Shown here: piece after piece, positions 14,201 through 29,200 of the stretch
Numbering within the stretch: the stretch's first letter is position 1
Layout of the letters: the number at the start of each line of letters is the position of its first letter
Source: Ophelia neglecta
Taxonomy: Eukaryota
NCBI GenBank assembly: GCA_965285935.1
Contig: OZ260664.1
Span: forward strand, 80,662,001-80,726,000
DNA length: 64,000 bases
Reading direction: 5' to 3'
The notes under the pieces: model-generated
Databases searched by the model: none
Told to the model about the DNA's origin: nothing
What the model saw: the letters and a program-made list of their open reading frames with translations, nothing else
Program-made: the position numbers and the translations under genes

Positions 14201-17200
14201 GTTGGCAGGACATATTTGATGAAGCCCACCATACTGCTGAGTAGTACTGTTCAGTAGGAATGTAGAAGATGAAAAAAAATCCTCTGAACCAATTTGTTTC
14301 TAGGATTCAGTAGATAAACATTGAGACTGAATGATGCTTCCCTATTGGGAGACAGTTAGTCAGACGGCAGTTCGGCTCCGATATTGATCATTCTTGCTGT
14401 TCTCAGCGCCACAAAAACACAAGAGTCGGTGTTATGTTCATCACTCGGGATGGAGCTGGACTGGCTGGGAGCTTTTCAAAATCCCTTGAGATTGAAACAT
14501 TATTGATATCATTTGTATAGAAAATATTTGCTGTTTTGTTGTTGTTTATAAACGCAGTGTACTCAGGTGCCATGCTGGAATGATTGATAGAGCTATTCTG
14601 CTATCATTAATTTTGAACTTTATTTTCACAATGCTTTACTAAGGGTATATTATGTACAGATCTATTTATATATACACACGTATCCCAGTCCTATAATCAT
14701 TATACTTGATTATTAATTTATTGACCACAGGTGCCCAGGTATTTATAGGCAGTAGTTGTAAATACTGTCAAAATGGAAGGCAATATCAGGTGAATGATCA
14801 CCTAGATGTACATTAGATGTTCATTAAGTGATGTGCCTGTCACTAACCACCAGTACTGTATATTACCACTACAACGGGTATACTTGGCAAAAAATTAAAA
14901 TTTTCACCAAGCGTCATTTACATTTTCAAGAGGAGCCTGCTTGGGCTTTTTAAGAAACTGATAATTTTTTAGCACACTCTCTAAGTTATTTCCTAAAATA
15001 TTTACCCTTTAACTTTGTCTGTTTTAATCTGGATGGATACCAGCGTACAGGTTATTCCCATAGTCTTGAAGGAGTTTCAGAGTTCCCCATGGATCTTAGT
15101 ATAATCCTTAATTTCCTCATTATTAGCAATGCTGATGCTTTCTTTGGAGGTTTATTATAATTGAAACATGTTCCATCTGGTATCTTTGAGCTTTAGCTAA
15201 ATTTATAAATGAATTTGGAATGAAACTTTGAATATTGGCCTTCAAAACACACAAGCTGATTTCTGCTGGTCGCAGACAACTCCGTTAAAATGCTCCTTCC
15301 TTCTAGTTCCCTGCAGTGTTCAGGAAATAAATCCGACATGCTGACAGATTCTGTGCCTGCCGGATAAAATGGCCATTCTGTCGGTTCACCTGTCGGTTGA
15401 AGATGTAGATGCAAAGTTCTTCTGCGAGGCCACCTTCTTTCTCTTACGGGCAGCATGTGTCTGTCCATTGCGAGTCACCTAGGGCGTAATTTGCCAAAAC
15501 TACTTACTGGTTGCAACGCCTGTTAGTGTTCAGTTTCAAGCGATTTGTGTTTTGGTTTTGTTAAGCACTTTTTCCGGCACAGACTGTTTACATTACATTC
15601 CAACGTGTTGAATGAGGTTCAGCAGGTTTTTACTATCAAAGCAGCTAGAATAATTTCATTTAAAGGAAGCATTTTCTAAAGATACTGTTCAAATGTCTGC
15701 AATGTGACAATCCACCACATTGCCGACAATGATATCATAGAAGGTATATATCACTTCAGTCAGTAGCCCTCAAATATGTTCTAGCCCTTACCTAGCTAGA
15801 AAGCCCCTTGAACAATGCAGCAATATTTCACCAGTTATATTTATCATTAGACAAGTTTATTTCACCTTTCTTGTCCTTATTATCTCATTTTGTGAACCTT
15901 ATGTGAGATGATAAAATGATGTGTTGTTTTACTTATTTTACTGAAACTTACTACTGTGCCTGCTTGACGTTATTGCCTGGGTGTAGAATATTGCAAAATA
16001 TATTGCAAAATATGTACATTTATCCAGAGTCCCCATTATGTTGTGTATAAACAACTCATATTGATTTTTCAAGGGATGCATTGCACATTATTATAACTGT
16101 GTACTTGGTTGTTGATTTATTTTGGTTGATTACTTTCCCGTTCTGTTGTATTCTTTTCAGTAGATAGAGTATCGGGAGCTCTTTATAACTGTCAGAATCA
16201 CGCCCAGACGTCCTGGGAGCTTTCTCTTATTTCACCAATCAACTCCATGTCATCTCAGACAAATTACAATCCAGTGATATTTTCCTAAGCCTATTCATCT
16301 GACATGTTTTCACAATGTCTCATTGGTCATCACCTCTCTCATTGCAATGATTGAGGGATCACATGGTCAGCATCAAGTTGATTGTAAGCTTAAAATGTCA
16401 GCTACGGGTAGAAACAGTTTGAAATCTGAACAATTCGCCCTTTTCTATGACGTAGGTAGTACAATTCAATTCTCTATTTGGTGCAGAGCCTGAAAGGCTG
16501 ATGGTAAAATCAATAGAAGAACCTATTTACTATGATGGATGTTTACCGCCCAGTCATTATACTATCCCATGTCTGGGCCCACCTGATTTACCATCATTTA
16601 ATCATAGGCTCCAGACAGGAATTTGTAACTAATGTACAAGAATGCTGACCACTCGGAAGGGCACGGTCAGCCGATATGAATTCCCATTGTAATATATTAG
16701 AGCTATTGTGCATGGGGTGCCCTGTACGTCTTCAACCTCACATACATGATTGATATAAAATGAATCAATAATTTGTGCTACAGGGCATGTTATTGCCATA
16801 CTATTGACATGCAGGTTTTATGCATGTATGGCACACACTCAAGGACATTATTACCAGACTTCATTTATTGGAATGACTTGACCTTCCTAGAAGTGAGGGC
16901 AGACACCCAATGCTGCCTCCTGGTGATCAAATATGTAGGTTCATTTATTACCTATACAACTGCTTTGTACAAGTGCAGATGAACAAAACCTGCCGCAGTC
17001 GGAGACGTTAGTGTTACCATGCACAATGTGATCTCACGCTTTGTTTCATTTTTCATTTAAACACAGTTTTCATCAGAACTGCAGTTCTGCAGCACAGATG
17101 TACACATTCTAGCAATTGTTGGCACTGATATATTTTCTATAGTAGATTTTGTGCTCTGTACAATGCTAACCTGACATGTATATGACAACCGCAGTAAAGA

Positions 17201-20200
17201 TTGTCTGAAGTTTAGTTTATACAATAAAAATATGTTGCTTTGAACAGCACTTGTTTGTTTGATGGAACAAAATGCATTTTTAATGGTTGTCACTCTACAT
17301 AACGATGTATTGTGGAGATTTAGCCGCCTGCAAGTGTATCAGGTTTATAATATCAGAATGTTTGCCTTTCCTTGATGGATATGTTAGTTAATGCTAGTTA
17401 TATATTTGTCCTAGTCACTAATCCATTTGCCCTGTGTCCATTTGGATGTCAATATTGAACAGATTTATTTCTGTTTAGTTGGTTTCAATGATATACGTAG
17501 CCAGGCTCTTTTGTGTTAGACATTTTCTGGGAGAGGACTTGTGTTCTAACTTCTAACATAGGGGATTGCTTTTGAATTTGAAGTTTTCTTTGAAGATTCA
17601 GTAATAATCAGGACATTGGGCACTGCCGTGAGTACTAAATACTGGGACCACCACAATAAACCACACCTGTTCTCTGCTGTATATTTGAAGTTGGTCAAAT
17701 TAAAATTTGAAAGAGACAAGAAATATATTAGAGTGTACGTCAGCTGGAACCACAAAGCAGAGAGGTGTTAAAACTAATTAGATATTTGTGGCTGAAAGGT
17801 TTGTCTGCCAAACACAGTAGTTTTTTTAGATAATAAGTCATCCTCTACCATTGTGATGTTGTGATAGTTTTGTTCTATAGTAATTATTTTCCGTCCCCAT
17901 TTGTATTTTCTCTGACATAAGTGGTGTTTTTTCCCCCGTGGTTGACGAGAGCTCGTGTTGAAGACAGTCACTTGCCCTTTCATTCTCTCTGATGTCAGAG
18001 TCATCCTAATGTGATCAGTTGTGTCATCACTTGTGCTTTTTATACCTCAATTTGTTATTTGATAACCTATCATTACAGCTGAACCTTGGAGAGAGCTAGA
18101 TGTTATTATGTGCTATTTTTCTTTCTAGCTGTCAAGCCTAAGCAGCTAGCTGAGAGTGACTCGGACCTATACCTGAGTGATGGTACCATGATGGCCGACT
18201 CAGAAGTAGACAGAGAAGAAACAGACAGGTAAACTTTGATGTTAAACATCAGTCAGTATCCAAGTTTTATTGTGTTAAGGTTTGGCCTGTATTTAACTAC
18301 ACATTACAATCGGTTACCATGTTCCTGAGTTTGACATTGTCTTGTTTTGTTCAGGGAGGAGGTGGTGACAGACAAAGAATGTGAGGAGACCAGTGGCACA
18401 GAGAGCCAGCAGGACGAGGAGAGGGATCTGCGAGGGGAGGCAGACAGCAGTGAAGAGAGCGGCAATGAGGTGGTGACAGTAGAGGATCTCAGGGTAAGAA
18501 GAGAAACTTAGATAAGGGGGGGGGGGGGGGGAAAAATTGAAAAATTTGGTAGCTGTATCCACAGGTGTGGTATATAGGCCTGGGAAATTTGTTTTAGATG
18601 GGAGGCGCTTCACTAGTGACCATACTACCTCCCCTTCAGCAATATCATGACAGGATTGCACAAAAAGGGTCTGAGCTATGGGTCTGAAATTGACAGGGAG
18701 GAATCATTATAGGCATAACATGAACTCATTTACTTTTTGAGTTTTACTTTACTTTAATTTCCATAGTAATGCAAAATAAAAGGGTGCAATCTTCAAAAAA
18801 AAGTCAAAACTTTTTGCTTTCTCACCATTTTGACCAATTTCCAGTGTTTGGAGGAAAAAAAATTCGGGGGGGGGGGGGGGGTTGGGGCAGGGTCTTGGTC
18901 TTGGCGCGATCTGTTAATAGTTTGTGAACTTTTTTTGTTTGCTTTTCTTGCCATTTCATGCAATTTCCAATGTTTTAAGCAAATATGGGGGTTGGTGGGG
19001 GGGGGGGGGGTCTGCATCTTGGTGCGATTGGCAGATTTTAGGCAATTTTGCTTTTCTCATCTTTTCTCGCCATTTCAGTGTTCCGAGCAAAATACTATTT
19101 TTAGGGGGTATGGGACCCACTCTTGCTTTGACTTTTCCAGGAGTGGTTTGGTTGGCAACAGACATATTAATTCTTCCTTTTATTTGGTGGGGGTTCCTAA
19201 ACCCCTTGTTAAAGTTGATTATCTTCATGGAGTTGCCATTGGTATAATTCTCCTGAACTTTGTTTTATAGGCCACGACTCCGCGGCAGGAGCTAGATGAG
19301 AGTGTGAGATCTCAAGAACCGACAGGGGATACTCCTGAAGGCTACCTGGTAGACCTGCCTTCAGCTGACCCCCAAGTCTCCCTGGAAGCCAAGCTGAGTG
19401 AGGCTGACATTGTTAGAGTCTTGGATTTTACACATGTCGAGCCAGATGACAATATGACCCTTCACAATCAAAACGAGGACATAGTTCCTGTGAAAGAAAG
19501 AGAAGCAGAACCTACAAATAAGCCTGTGGAAAAGAATGAACCCCCAGCTACCAATGTTACTGATAGTCAGGACTTGGAGGAAGGAGAGTTCAAGATTAAA
19601 ATGGAACAGCAGGAAAGTCCAAAAGAAGTCTCAAAGGAGGAAGATTGTAGGAAAGACTCTGAAAAGCAGGCCCATAAGTTGTCCACTGCCAAGAAGACTT
19701 CAAAACCAATTTCTAGAAAAGCTGACCTATCATCAGAAAAGACTGATGTAAAGAAGAAGGCAGAGACAGCAAAAAGAACTAATTCAAAAAATACTTCAAC
19801 CCGGATTGTTGATTTCATTAAAAAGCCCCAGGTGGCCAAGACTAAGGATGAAATTGAAAATTCAGAAGCAGTGAAGAACCCTAAACTTACGAAAAATGCA
19901 ACCAACCGTAAGATGTCAAATTCAAGCCTTGAGAAATCTCCCACTAAAACAGCCGTTGATAAGCTGTCTAAACTCTCCAGTCCTCGAGATGCTAAAATGT
20001 CCAAGGGCAAACTGGAGATCAGTAGTAACCAACGTACAGTAGAGGTCAGGCCAGTCATAGTGCAACTCACCAGGCCGGCAGCAGTCAAACGCCACCCTCC
20101 GAAAAGTAAATGGGAAAACATAATGTCACAGATTGACAACAACAAAGAGAAACCCAAACCCGAGGCAGCTAAGCCCAACCGGCCTTCCTCCGCCAATAAC

Positions 20201-23200
20201 AAACCCGCCAGCACATCAGGGTCGTCTTCAGGAGCCATCGCCTCCAGACGCATCAGTTCAGGGAACGTGCCCACCAGCGCACCAGACAAACCCAAACGTA
20301 AATCTTCTATGCCTGCCCGGCTACTACCACCCAAATCGGTGATGATTAAAAGAGCGTCGCCTGAGCCATCGAGTCGGAAGAGTTCCTCCTCAGATGTGAG
20401 TGGGCAGGACCAGAGAACGTATGGTGTGCCGTTATCCAGGGGGAGACCAGCATCTGCATGTAAGTATGTTGCGCACTTGAAAATTGCCCGCTGAATGTTA
20501 CAATAAAAGAAGAAATAGTACTTGTTTGTGTAGCTTAAAATGCAACCTACTTGAAATTGTAAAAGTGCAATTTTAATTTGGTAATCATTTTGAACATGAT
20601 GGTGTTTTCACAGCGAGACCATCGAATCGCACAACCACAACCCTCAGGAAAGTTGACCGATCTTCAAGTGTGGGATCTGACTCGCAGGTAATATTTATAG
20701 ATGAATCTAGTCCAGATATTATGTAACTCAGATACCTACAGCACTACTAACAAAGTATCCAAAGTGACTTTCTCCAGCTAGAAATTAACTAAACGTAGGA
20801 AAAAAAGATAAGCGTAGTATTAATAATCTGAGGCAACCACCTGTTGGCTTAGTGACAGTGGAAGTAGTATTAATGTAAGAGGCCAGATAACAAGAACTAG
20901 ACCCATCTGCTAAAGTCTGCATGTAGTTGTGTTGAATACTACTGCTGTATTAATTTTGCATGTTTCAGCCTATTGGAAGAACTTTGAATGTGAGTGGGGT
21001 GACTTAATGTTTGTTGATTTGTTAATTATGCAAAAATGTTTTGATATAATATTCTTTTAACCCTTTATCTCCTAGATGGTCCCTCAATTATAGTAGATCT
21101 CAGATAAATGGTTAATGCAATCAAGTTTTGTTGTAAAGCATGTTTGTTGGTACTTAGTTAAATTTCAGAAAAATTGAATTGTTTATATCACATTTAATTG
21201 GTATGTTTTCACCATAAGTTATTTTATTACATTCCAGATGATTTTATATGATTTAATTTTGATAATTAATTGTTGCACTTTTCAAAGTTATACACCATGC
21301 CCACACAGCTTACTTGATGTTCAGTAATACTGTTTGATGATGATCAGTTTTCATATGAATGTTTTTTTTACTAAGTTTGCTTTTTGTCAGTAGTATGTGT
21401 GGCTTATGCTTTCCTTTTGCCTGTTTTGTTGTGTTATAGGAGAGTTCAGCCTCCGATTCCAGTATATCACAGGTTTCTATGGTTTCTCAGGGATCTCTGA
21501 GCAATCGGTCGCCCCAACAGGGTACCCCTCGTCAGTCTACCCCAGAGCCCAAACGCAGCATAGCCAAGAGGAAGTCTCTCATTGAGCCTCCCAGAACCTC
21601 CGTCTCCAAGATAGGTAAGGAATAATCCATCAATAGGAAATAAACATCCTCTAGTGGGGCATGGCAAAAAGATAATTCTCATTGAACATTCGAAAAACTC
21701 TATCTCCCAGGCAGATGAGGAATAAGCTAACAAAAATTAAGTTAAATGTCCTCCTTAATATCCCTCCTGTAGAAAGAAAAGCCCATCAGTATATATATGG
21801 CTGGTAACTGGAGTCAAAGTCCACAAATATTAAATTTTGAAATCATTCCTTTGAATACTCCCAGTTTAGCAAAAACTCCTGCCTCACATTAATCAACTCC
21901 ATTTTCAACTTGTCTTACAGGGGTATCTTTTAAATTTGTATCTTTTCGGAAAGGGAGGCATCACTTGTTTTTTTAGAGAAATTGTTGGTGAATTCCTATA
22001 CATATTTCTGCTGTAGATCTGTAGCATTGCGCATTGTGTAGAGTTGCCAGTAGGGAGGCCACCTATCAGGAATGTTCTGTACTTACACTGAAGTGCTTGT
22101 CAGTTTTTGTATAGAAGATACCACAGACAATTTCTGAACCCTGGAGTAAAAAACATTGTTTTTCAATGCCTGTGTCTGTTATTTGAATTCAAAATAGTAT
22201 CCTACCCTACATACGTATTATTAAAGGTGTAATGATGTATATAAGGATGTAGTTTTGTGTTTTGATCCAGAGCCAAGAAGATCGAGTTTAGTAGCTCCAG
22301 GGTCCAGTCGTATGGCCCTGGCTAAGTCACCAAGGACACCAGGCTCCCAAGCAGCCAGCCCAGCCAAGAAACCTTCCCTTACCAAAGGTCAGTGTATCCA
22401 GCTTGTCTCTGGCACACAGTCAACCTACATCCCACTGCTCTCCATCATCCATCTTACTCCCAGGGACAAACAGAAAGCTGTGTGGATTCTCTGCCACATG
22501 GATCATATACAGTGGCATAATATTGTATAATTTAATGCCTAGTGTACTTGCAGTTTTGTTTGAAAATAAAAAACAATTAGTGCAAGAAAAAGTTAATTTA
22601 GGAAATATATTTGGGAAAGAGATAGGAGCAGAAATATCTTGAGTAAGAAGGTATTTATGTTGGAGAGCATTTGGAGGTTAACTTTGTGCCAGTGTACATG
22701 ACAAATTCTGGGAGTATGGTGAATATAACCAGCAGATATCAAGCATTGCTATCCATCTATCATATTGGTGGTTGGGGACCCAAATGTTTTTGGCTTGTAC
22801 CCCTAGGGCTTTGGCAAGAGGGTTAATTGAGGGGACATTTTTTCTTATCTAAGTCAGCATTACATTGCATGATGAAAGAGGCACTTTCCTGGTGGTGAAA
22901 AACTAGCATTTACAGCCGATACTGAACTATGTGGTATGTGGGGAGGGTTAGATTTACCAGATCCTCAGGTCACCGGAGCATCCCCTCCAAACGCCAGTCA
23001 CCAATGACAGACATCATAATTGGAATAGTCAACAAATGCTGGGCCGGCTGAGGCTGCTGAGGCACGTGTTGTGGAATGCCTCAGGGAGCAAGCAGGTATG
23101 GTCGTCTGCGGTCTTCATCTGTCCTTGACGGTCTGAGTTTTACTGAGCCCTGATCTAAGGCTAGTCTGCCACAGTCCTGAGTTTTATAAGATCTAAGTTT

Positions 23201-26200
23201 ACCAGACAGAGTTGAGAGTTGATGGCTAAGAACAGACATGGCTTATTAATCCCAGATGGGAATTTCCAGTGGAAAACTCCACATGCTTTTTAGAGTGAGC
23301 TCTGTTTTAAGGCTTTTAATCAGCCTATTAAATTAGCTTGTCACATAGTAAATTGTATATTTATTTGCACATGAGAGGAATGTGAGGTACTCTACTTTTT
23401 ATGAAGAAAAAAGAAAAAGCCACAAACTACAGTTATTTAACCCCAAACAGATTTGCATAGTTAATAGTATGATCAGACATATGTTTATGTGCACCATTTT
23501 TTGCCCAACTCCAGATGGCATAAATAGCGCCACAGAACATATATTTCCATCCCCCATATAGCTGTTTTGATCTGTCCAGAATGTATACATAAACATACTC
23601 CATTATGCTATTGAGTAGATTTCCAGACACTGGCAGTATCAGTATGCATGTAAATGGTTTTCTTTATGTAGTGAAGGTGATGCTGGGGATACCCTGTAGA
23701 AATGTCCATGTGCCACAGTGGCTGCCAGTGGCCGGGTTTATAGGCTGTGGCAGGCTTGATATCCTCAACTTTGTCATAGGTTATCAGGAGTTGTGATATT
23801 AGATCCTCTGCGTAATGTAGAAGTGTAGACCTGTTTCACTCACCCTAAACAAACCAAGGCTGCAAATTGAGAAAAATAGCAGAAAAACACCTGTAATTTC
23901 ACCCACCATTGCTGTCGATTTATGTATTGAGGTTATCAGCATGTGTTTGACTTGATAACTATCTGGCAGTGTAGAATGTCAAAAAGAAGTGTATTCACAA
24001 ATGCTACTACAGTTTAATATGCTATATGTTTTAGATTTAGAATTTATTTTTCCTGTAATAGCTTAGGAAAAGCAAAAAAATACAAGCTTGTGAAATAAAG
24101 TGCATCCCTGGTTTAAATTGTGGCATGCGGTGCTGTTTTTATAAACATGTACTTGGGCTTATTAAAGTGATTTATTTAGGCACACACCCATACTTATGAT
24201 TTATTTGTTGTTTAACGGTTGATACAATTATACCATTAAGGTGGAAAATGGTTTTGTCAGTGTTTTCTGTGCAATTATAGTTGGCCATGTTTTCTCTACC
24301 CTATGGCAATGCTTGTAAATTGTTGGCAGCAAAAATGACCATTTTAGTGAGAGTTGGCCTCCTGGTTGTATATGATAGATTGGAGCCAATGATAAAGATT
24401 GTCACACTTGATGAGCTCCAAACACAACTAATACACTCAGGTATGTCTTCAGGGGTTTATTGGCAATATTAGTGCCAAGGACACCACTCACTTGGCTAAC
24501 TATATAAGTAAAAAAAAAGTTGACAGGCAACCAAACCACTCAAAGAATATAGAAAGTCAGAGTTTTTGTTACTTCCACCATACAGAGTAACTATATACAG
24601 CAGGTAAATGCCAGCATGCAAACCATGCTACGAGCTGCAAAAAACAACCAATTCCACTGGTACTCTGTCTAAATCCTGAAGCAACGCTTTAACATAATTT
24701 ATTTTGTATGCCGATGGGATGTCTTCATCGGCCAGTTAGGGCTGATTAGTGAACTCAGCGGACTGATTAAAGAACTCAGTGTATTTTCCTGGCATTTACG
24801 TCTGTTGGCGGGCAATTAGAGCAGGCACTTCACAATGCACTGGTTGTTGAATCAGAAACCGTGTGAGATAGGTGATGATACACAGTGAGAGGGATGGAGC
24901 CATACTCCGGCTACAAACACCACTTCAGCTGTGAATATTTGTCAACAGCCAGTACCAGGAGAGCAGTGCTCAATGCTGGCCTGCGCTGCATGTTTGACAC
25001 AGCAGAATAGCAGGATTACCAATCACTGGTGTGGGCGTCTGGGATGGAAAGTACTTACTGCAGTCTCGGGGTATGAGGCTCTGACTTGGAGACTGACAGG
25101 AGCCTAGACAGAAGATGTGTCTAACCAGAAATGTCAGAAGTGGCCATACACTAGACTGGAAACTACAGCCTCCAACACAGTAATAATACTAGTGTTATGT
25201 TCTATATGAACCTGATTGTGATTATCTAGACGTAGTCCAGACACAGGAAGGGTGAGCACTCAAGGACTCAGCTATCCACCATTAAAAACAAATAATCAGA
25301 TGGACTGCAAAATATACTCTGAACCACCGATTGTAGAAAGTGATTTTTTTGTGTTGGTTCGGGGCAAAATTGTGACTCAAACTGATCGATAAAGTAAGCC
25401 GTGGCTTGTTGTGGAAAAAACAGTTGCTCAAATCCAGTATCAGCAGTCTGCCTGAATTCAAACATGCTTTCGGCTGGCAGAGCCGTCCGTGAGGTTGTGG
25501 CCAGTGGCATGCAGTAGGCACCTGACTATAAACCAGTACTTTGTAAAGGACGCCTTTAAATGTATGAGATACCTGGAAGACTGATCAAAAACACTTGACC
25601 CTGTCAACTCCTGGTTCCTCTGAGTGATCATCACTACACTGAGTTATACCTACCTCACACAGACACCAGGACCCTGTACCTATATGTCAAGGTGGAGTAT
25701 TCAACTGGATTTAGATATGGATCTAAACCAAAGTTTGTCCCATAATAATCCTGGTGACATCGCCCTGGATTTGGAGACGGTAGATGATCTGGGGTTTGCT
25801 GAGGTGTTTGCCCATCTGTCACAAGCCAGTCGAATGCTTCTGGAGGAAATCGAAGGTAATCAATTCTACTGGTGTTTTCTTTGTGGTATCAAGTGTAACA
25901 TCATCATTAACAATTATGTTGAAGTGTTTTCATTTCTAACAGCCTGGAGCAGTTTTTTCCTCAAGACCAATGCTACCTTTAGGAATTGATTTGGTAATTT
26001 GAATTTTTTCCGCATAAACATTGACACTGAGCATAGACGTATTATTGTCAAAGCACCCTGACTGCTCATATGTTATCTTTTAACTACAATTTTATGTTTT
26101 TATGTGCCTCTTTTAAAGTCTGTATTAAGAGGGCAAAAAATGATATGAGTAAACTGAGGTGATGTACTTTTACCAGGGGCTGTGCCACATAGACTGTATT

Positions 26201-29200
26201 ACCGTATTTGTTAAGAGGGGTTTTCTTCATAGCAGTATCACATAAAATTTATGGCATTTGTCAATGAGATTAATAACTGCCCTCTATGTGTACTGGTTGG
26301 TTACTGGCATATTAGCCCTGGAATGCATTTACAAAACCCTAAGAAGTATCCAGGAGATGAGGGTTAAAGGTCATACACCGATGCCTCATCTGCCCTAAGG
26401 AGATGTATCCCACCGTTCTTTGAGGAGATTCATGTTTTTTGAGGAGATTCGTGTTCTTTGAGCTGAATCTTGTTCTATAAAATGTTTCTTTCCTGGTAAT
26501 TGAGTCCTGTCTCAGACTGTCTGATGTAACTTTCTGTCCAGCATTTCCTGTAATTGAGTAATGGCAACTGCTGCCAGCTGAGATTTCCGCCACTTACATC
26601 TTGAGAAAAAACCTCATTCTTACTTCCATAGCAATGCTCCAAATAGAAAGGAAGGAATTTAATATAAATCTTAACGGAAAAAAGACAAAGCATCTCTATT
26701 CTAGGTTACATTCAATGGCAAGAGGGAGATCTGCTGGCAAAGAGAAGGCAAAGGATTGGATATAAATCACAGGCAACAAGGCAAAAAGTCTCTAGTCCTG
26801 GGTTAAATTTAATGGCAGGAATGTGTTTCCCCGGCATTTATTTATTGGCGTGAACGTAGACTGCGTTAACCATCCCTGCGTGTCAGTGATCAAGTATTTT
26901 TAGTTTGCCAATCAATTTTTAATTGAGTATTGTAGTCAGTGTAAACTATGCTGGGAATAAGAATTCAGTGTTTTTGGTGATTATCTTAGCTTAATAAAAA
27001 TTAAATGGTATTATTGCCACGGAGTAGCACATTTGTAGTGAAATGTGTCTCGGTATTCTAGGTGATGAGTGAGCCAGCTATGATATATACTGGTACTGAC
27101 AACTTTTGATTTGATTTCCTGGGCCACATTGATCCTCAGTTAGATTGTAAACTGGGCTTGGATTTCAGGTCTGCTTTTATTTCCTAAAGCTCTTAAACAC
27201 AACATCCAGCCAACAAATTGTAGCAGACAGTTTGCTTGTAAATTAGATGAATTATTGTAGGCTGGGTTGTCAATTTAAATTGGTAGTTTTGAAAAAGATA
27301 GCACAAGAAAAGTTAAATTTTGTTTACTAATTAAATATAGGTATCAACTGCACTAGTACCAACCAATGTCATTTTGTTACTAGTTTGTTTGTTCTATTCA
27401 CCATTAAACTATTGTGTATGTCAGAGCAGTATTAATCATACAGCCTTAATCTATGTACCTCCAAACATGTACCTCTCCATTACTTGGTAGCCAAACTGAC
27501 TTTTCTCGATCCTGTATTGAGCTACTTACCCTGCTCACAGTGGCAGTACACGAGGTACATGTTATAGCCGGTGATCTTAGCAGGTAACCTGTTGCCGTCT
27601 GTAAGCAGGGTACCATCTACTATAAGCCGATGGATGTCAAACTGATTGGAAGTAACAACATTTAGTTAGCCCCATGACTCACATGGAAAGTATGTCCAGC
27701 ATGTCTTTGTATCTGACTAATTATTGATTACTTTAACAGGCGTTTCCCCGGAAATTCTAGGAAGAGACTTATAGGTATCCCAGCATGCTCTCTGATCTAG
27801 CCCTGACATATAACTAGCCACAGCTGTGCCTTCCTGGAGTTGACTTACAGCGGCACATTGGTCATCAAACGCAACATTTTAAAATCTGTTGCCCATTAGT
27901 TAGTTACTTGTAATCTAGCTGAGAAAAGTAAAATGATAGGAGGTATCTTTTGGAGACTTTGAAGTGTTTTTGACGGCCGTCTGCATGTGTCCACTCACAC
28001 CTGGCAGATCAGGTTTCCTGCTTGATTTTCTTGTGTGTTTTTTATCAATCTGTCATACTTTATGATCATGAACAAAGTGTTACATTTAATTTGCAAGAAC
28101 TCTAAAAAGACAGCTGTGCCTTGCTGCATGTAACAAACTTTGACATCAAGAAAGGCTATGCATGTATATGTACATGGATATAACTTAAGTAACCTGTTAT
28201 TAGATTGCAATCTCATTTAAGTCACTCATTATTCCATTTGAGGCATTGTGGTAAACTTTATGCTGGTTTGCTTCTACCTACAGCATAATATGATTGGATA
28301 ACTTGGCTAGATGTTGATTGCAGGTTCCTAATTAATATGTTTGACGTAGCATGCCAACCCTTAAACACTTCTTGTTGTCAGGATTTGATAATTCGTTGGT
28401 TTACACATGGAGGCATTCTGGTATTTTACAAACTCTAAATTTTATTCTTGGGATATGAGTGAAATAGTCAGTTATAAAGTTGCGATCCATTTTCTTCTGC
28501 TGGTGATAATGTGGAAATTTCTTGCCTGTGGTTTATCGAAAAGTCACACAAACGGTATGTATTGTTCTATGTGTTATGGATCATATAGATATCTTTTTCT
28601 GCAGGGAACATATGGAGGAAAATGTAAAACAGTCTCATGTTTTCACCAAGTTTCTGAAGTTTGTACAATTTGAAGAACTAACTTCCTTTGACTAGGTTGA
28701 AAGCTGCCTGGATACACCTCCTTGGTACACTGCCCTAACTCAGTGTACCTGTGGCACACATGCCAGTCGTTAGCTCATGTGGCTCTAATATCTGGTGTTC
28801 ATCGAGAGCTTTCTGCTGTCAAACTTCGGTAGGTTTAATAAGCCACCATCTCTGAACATCAACATCTATGGCGCTGTACTGTCTGATTCATTTCAAAGAC
28901 CTCAAAATTACCTAAAAATACACCTGGAATATTGTCTTTTATATTTGCAAATCCAGTAATTATCAAAGTGGAAAATTCAAATTTTAATTGGAAATTTATT
29001 GGTAGCAATTGAAAAATTCAGCCTTAATCATATATCTTTTAGGAAATATCTGTGCACTGGTGTTAATCAAAAATAATTATATTGAATGATTTAATAAATC
29101 AACTTGAGGTATTAAGGTTAGTGGGTTTCTTATCTATGTGAGTTGTCCATGTAAAGAGGGTCATATATTGTATTAGCTGGGATATCATAATCCCAGGTGT

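Noticed and set aside
19567-20334. 255-aa antisense ORF
   Set aside because: Shadow of the K/S-rich sense exon, with no independent features; the same applies to 1443-1811, 42195-42458, 45087-45566 and 62225-62596
22961-23095. Internal cassette exon following 22387, or a selenoprotein-like TGA-containing frame
   Set aside because: Both phase-1 acceptor options hit stop codons, and no SECIS evidence was seen
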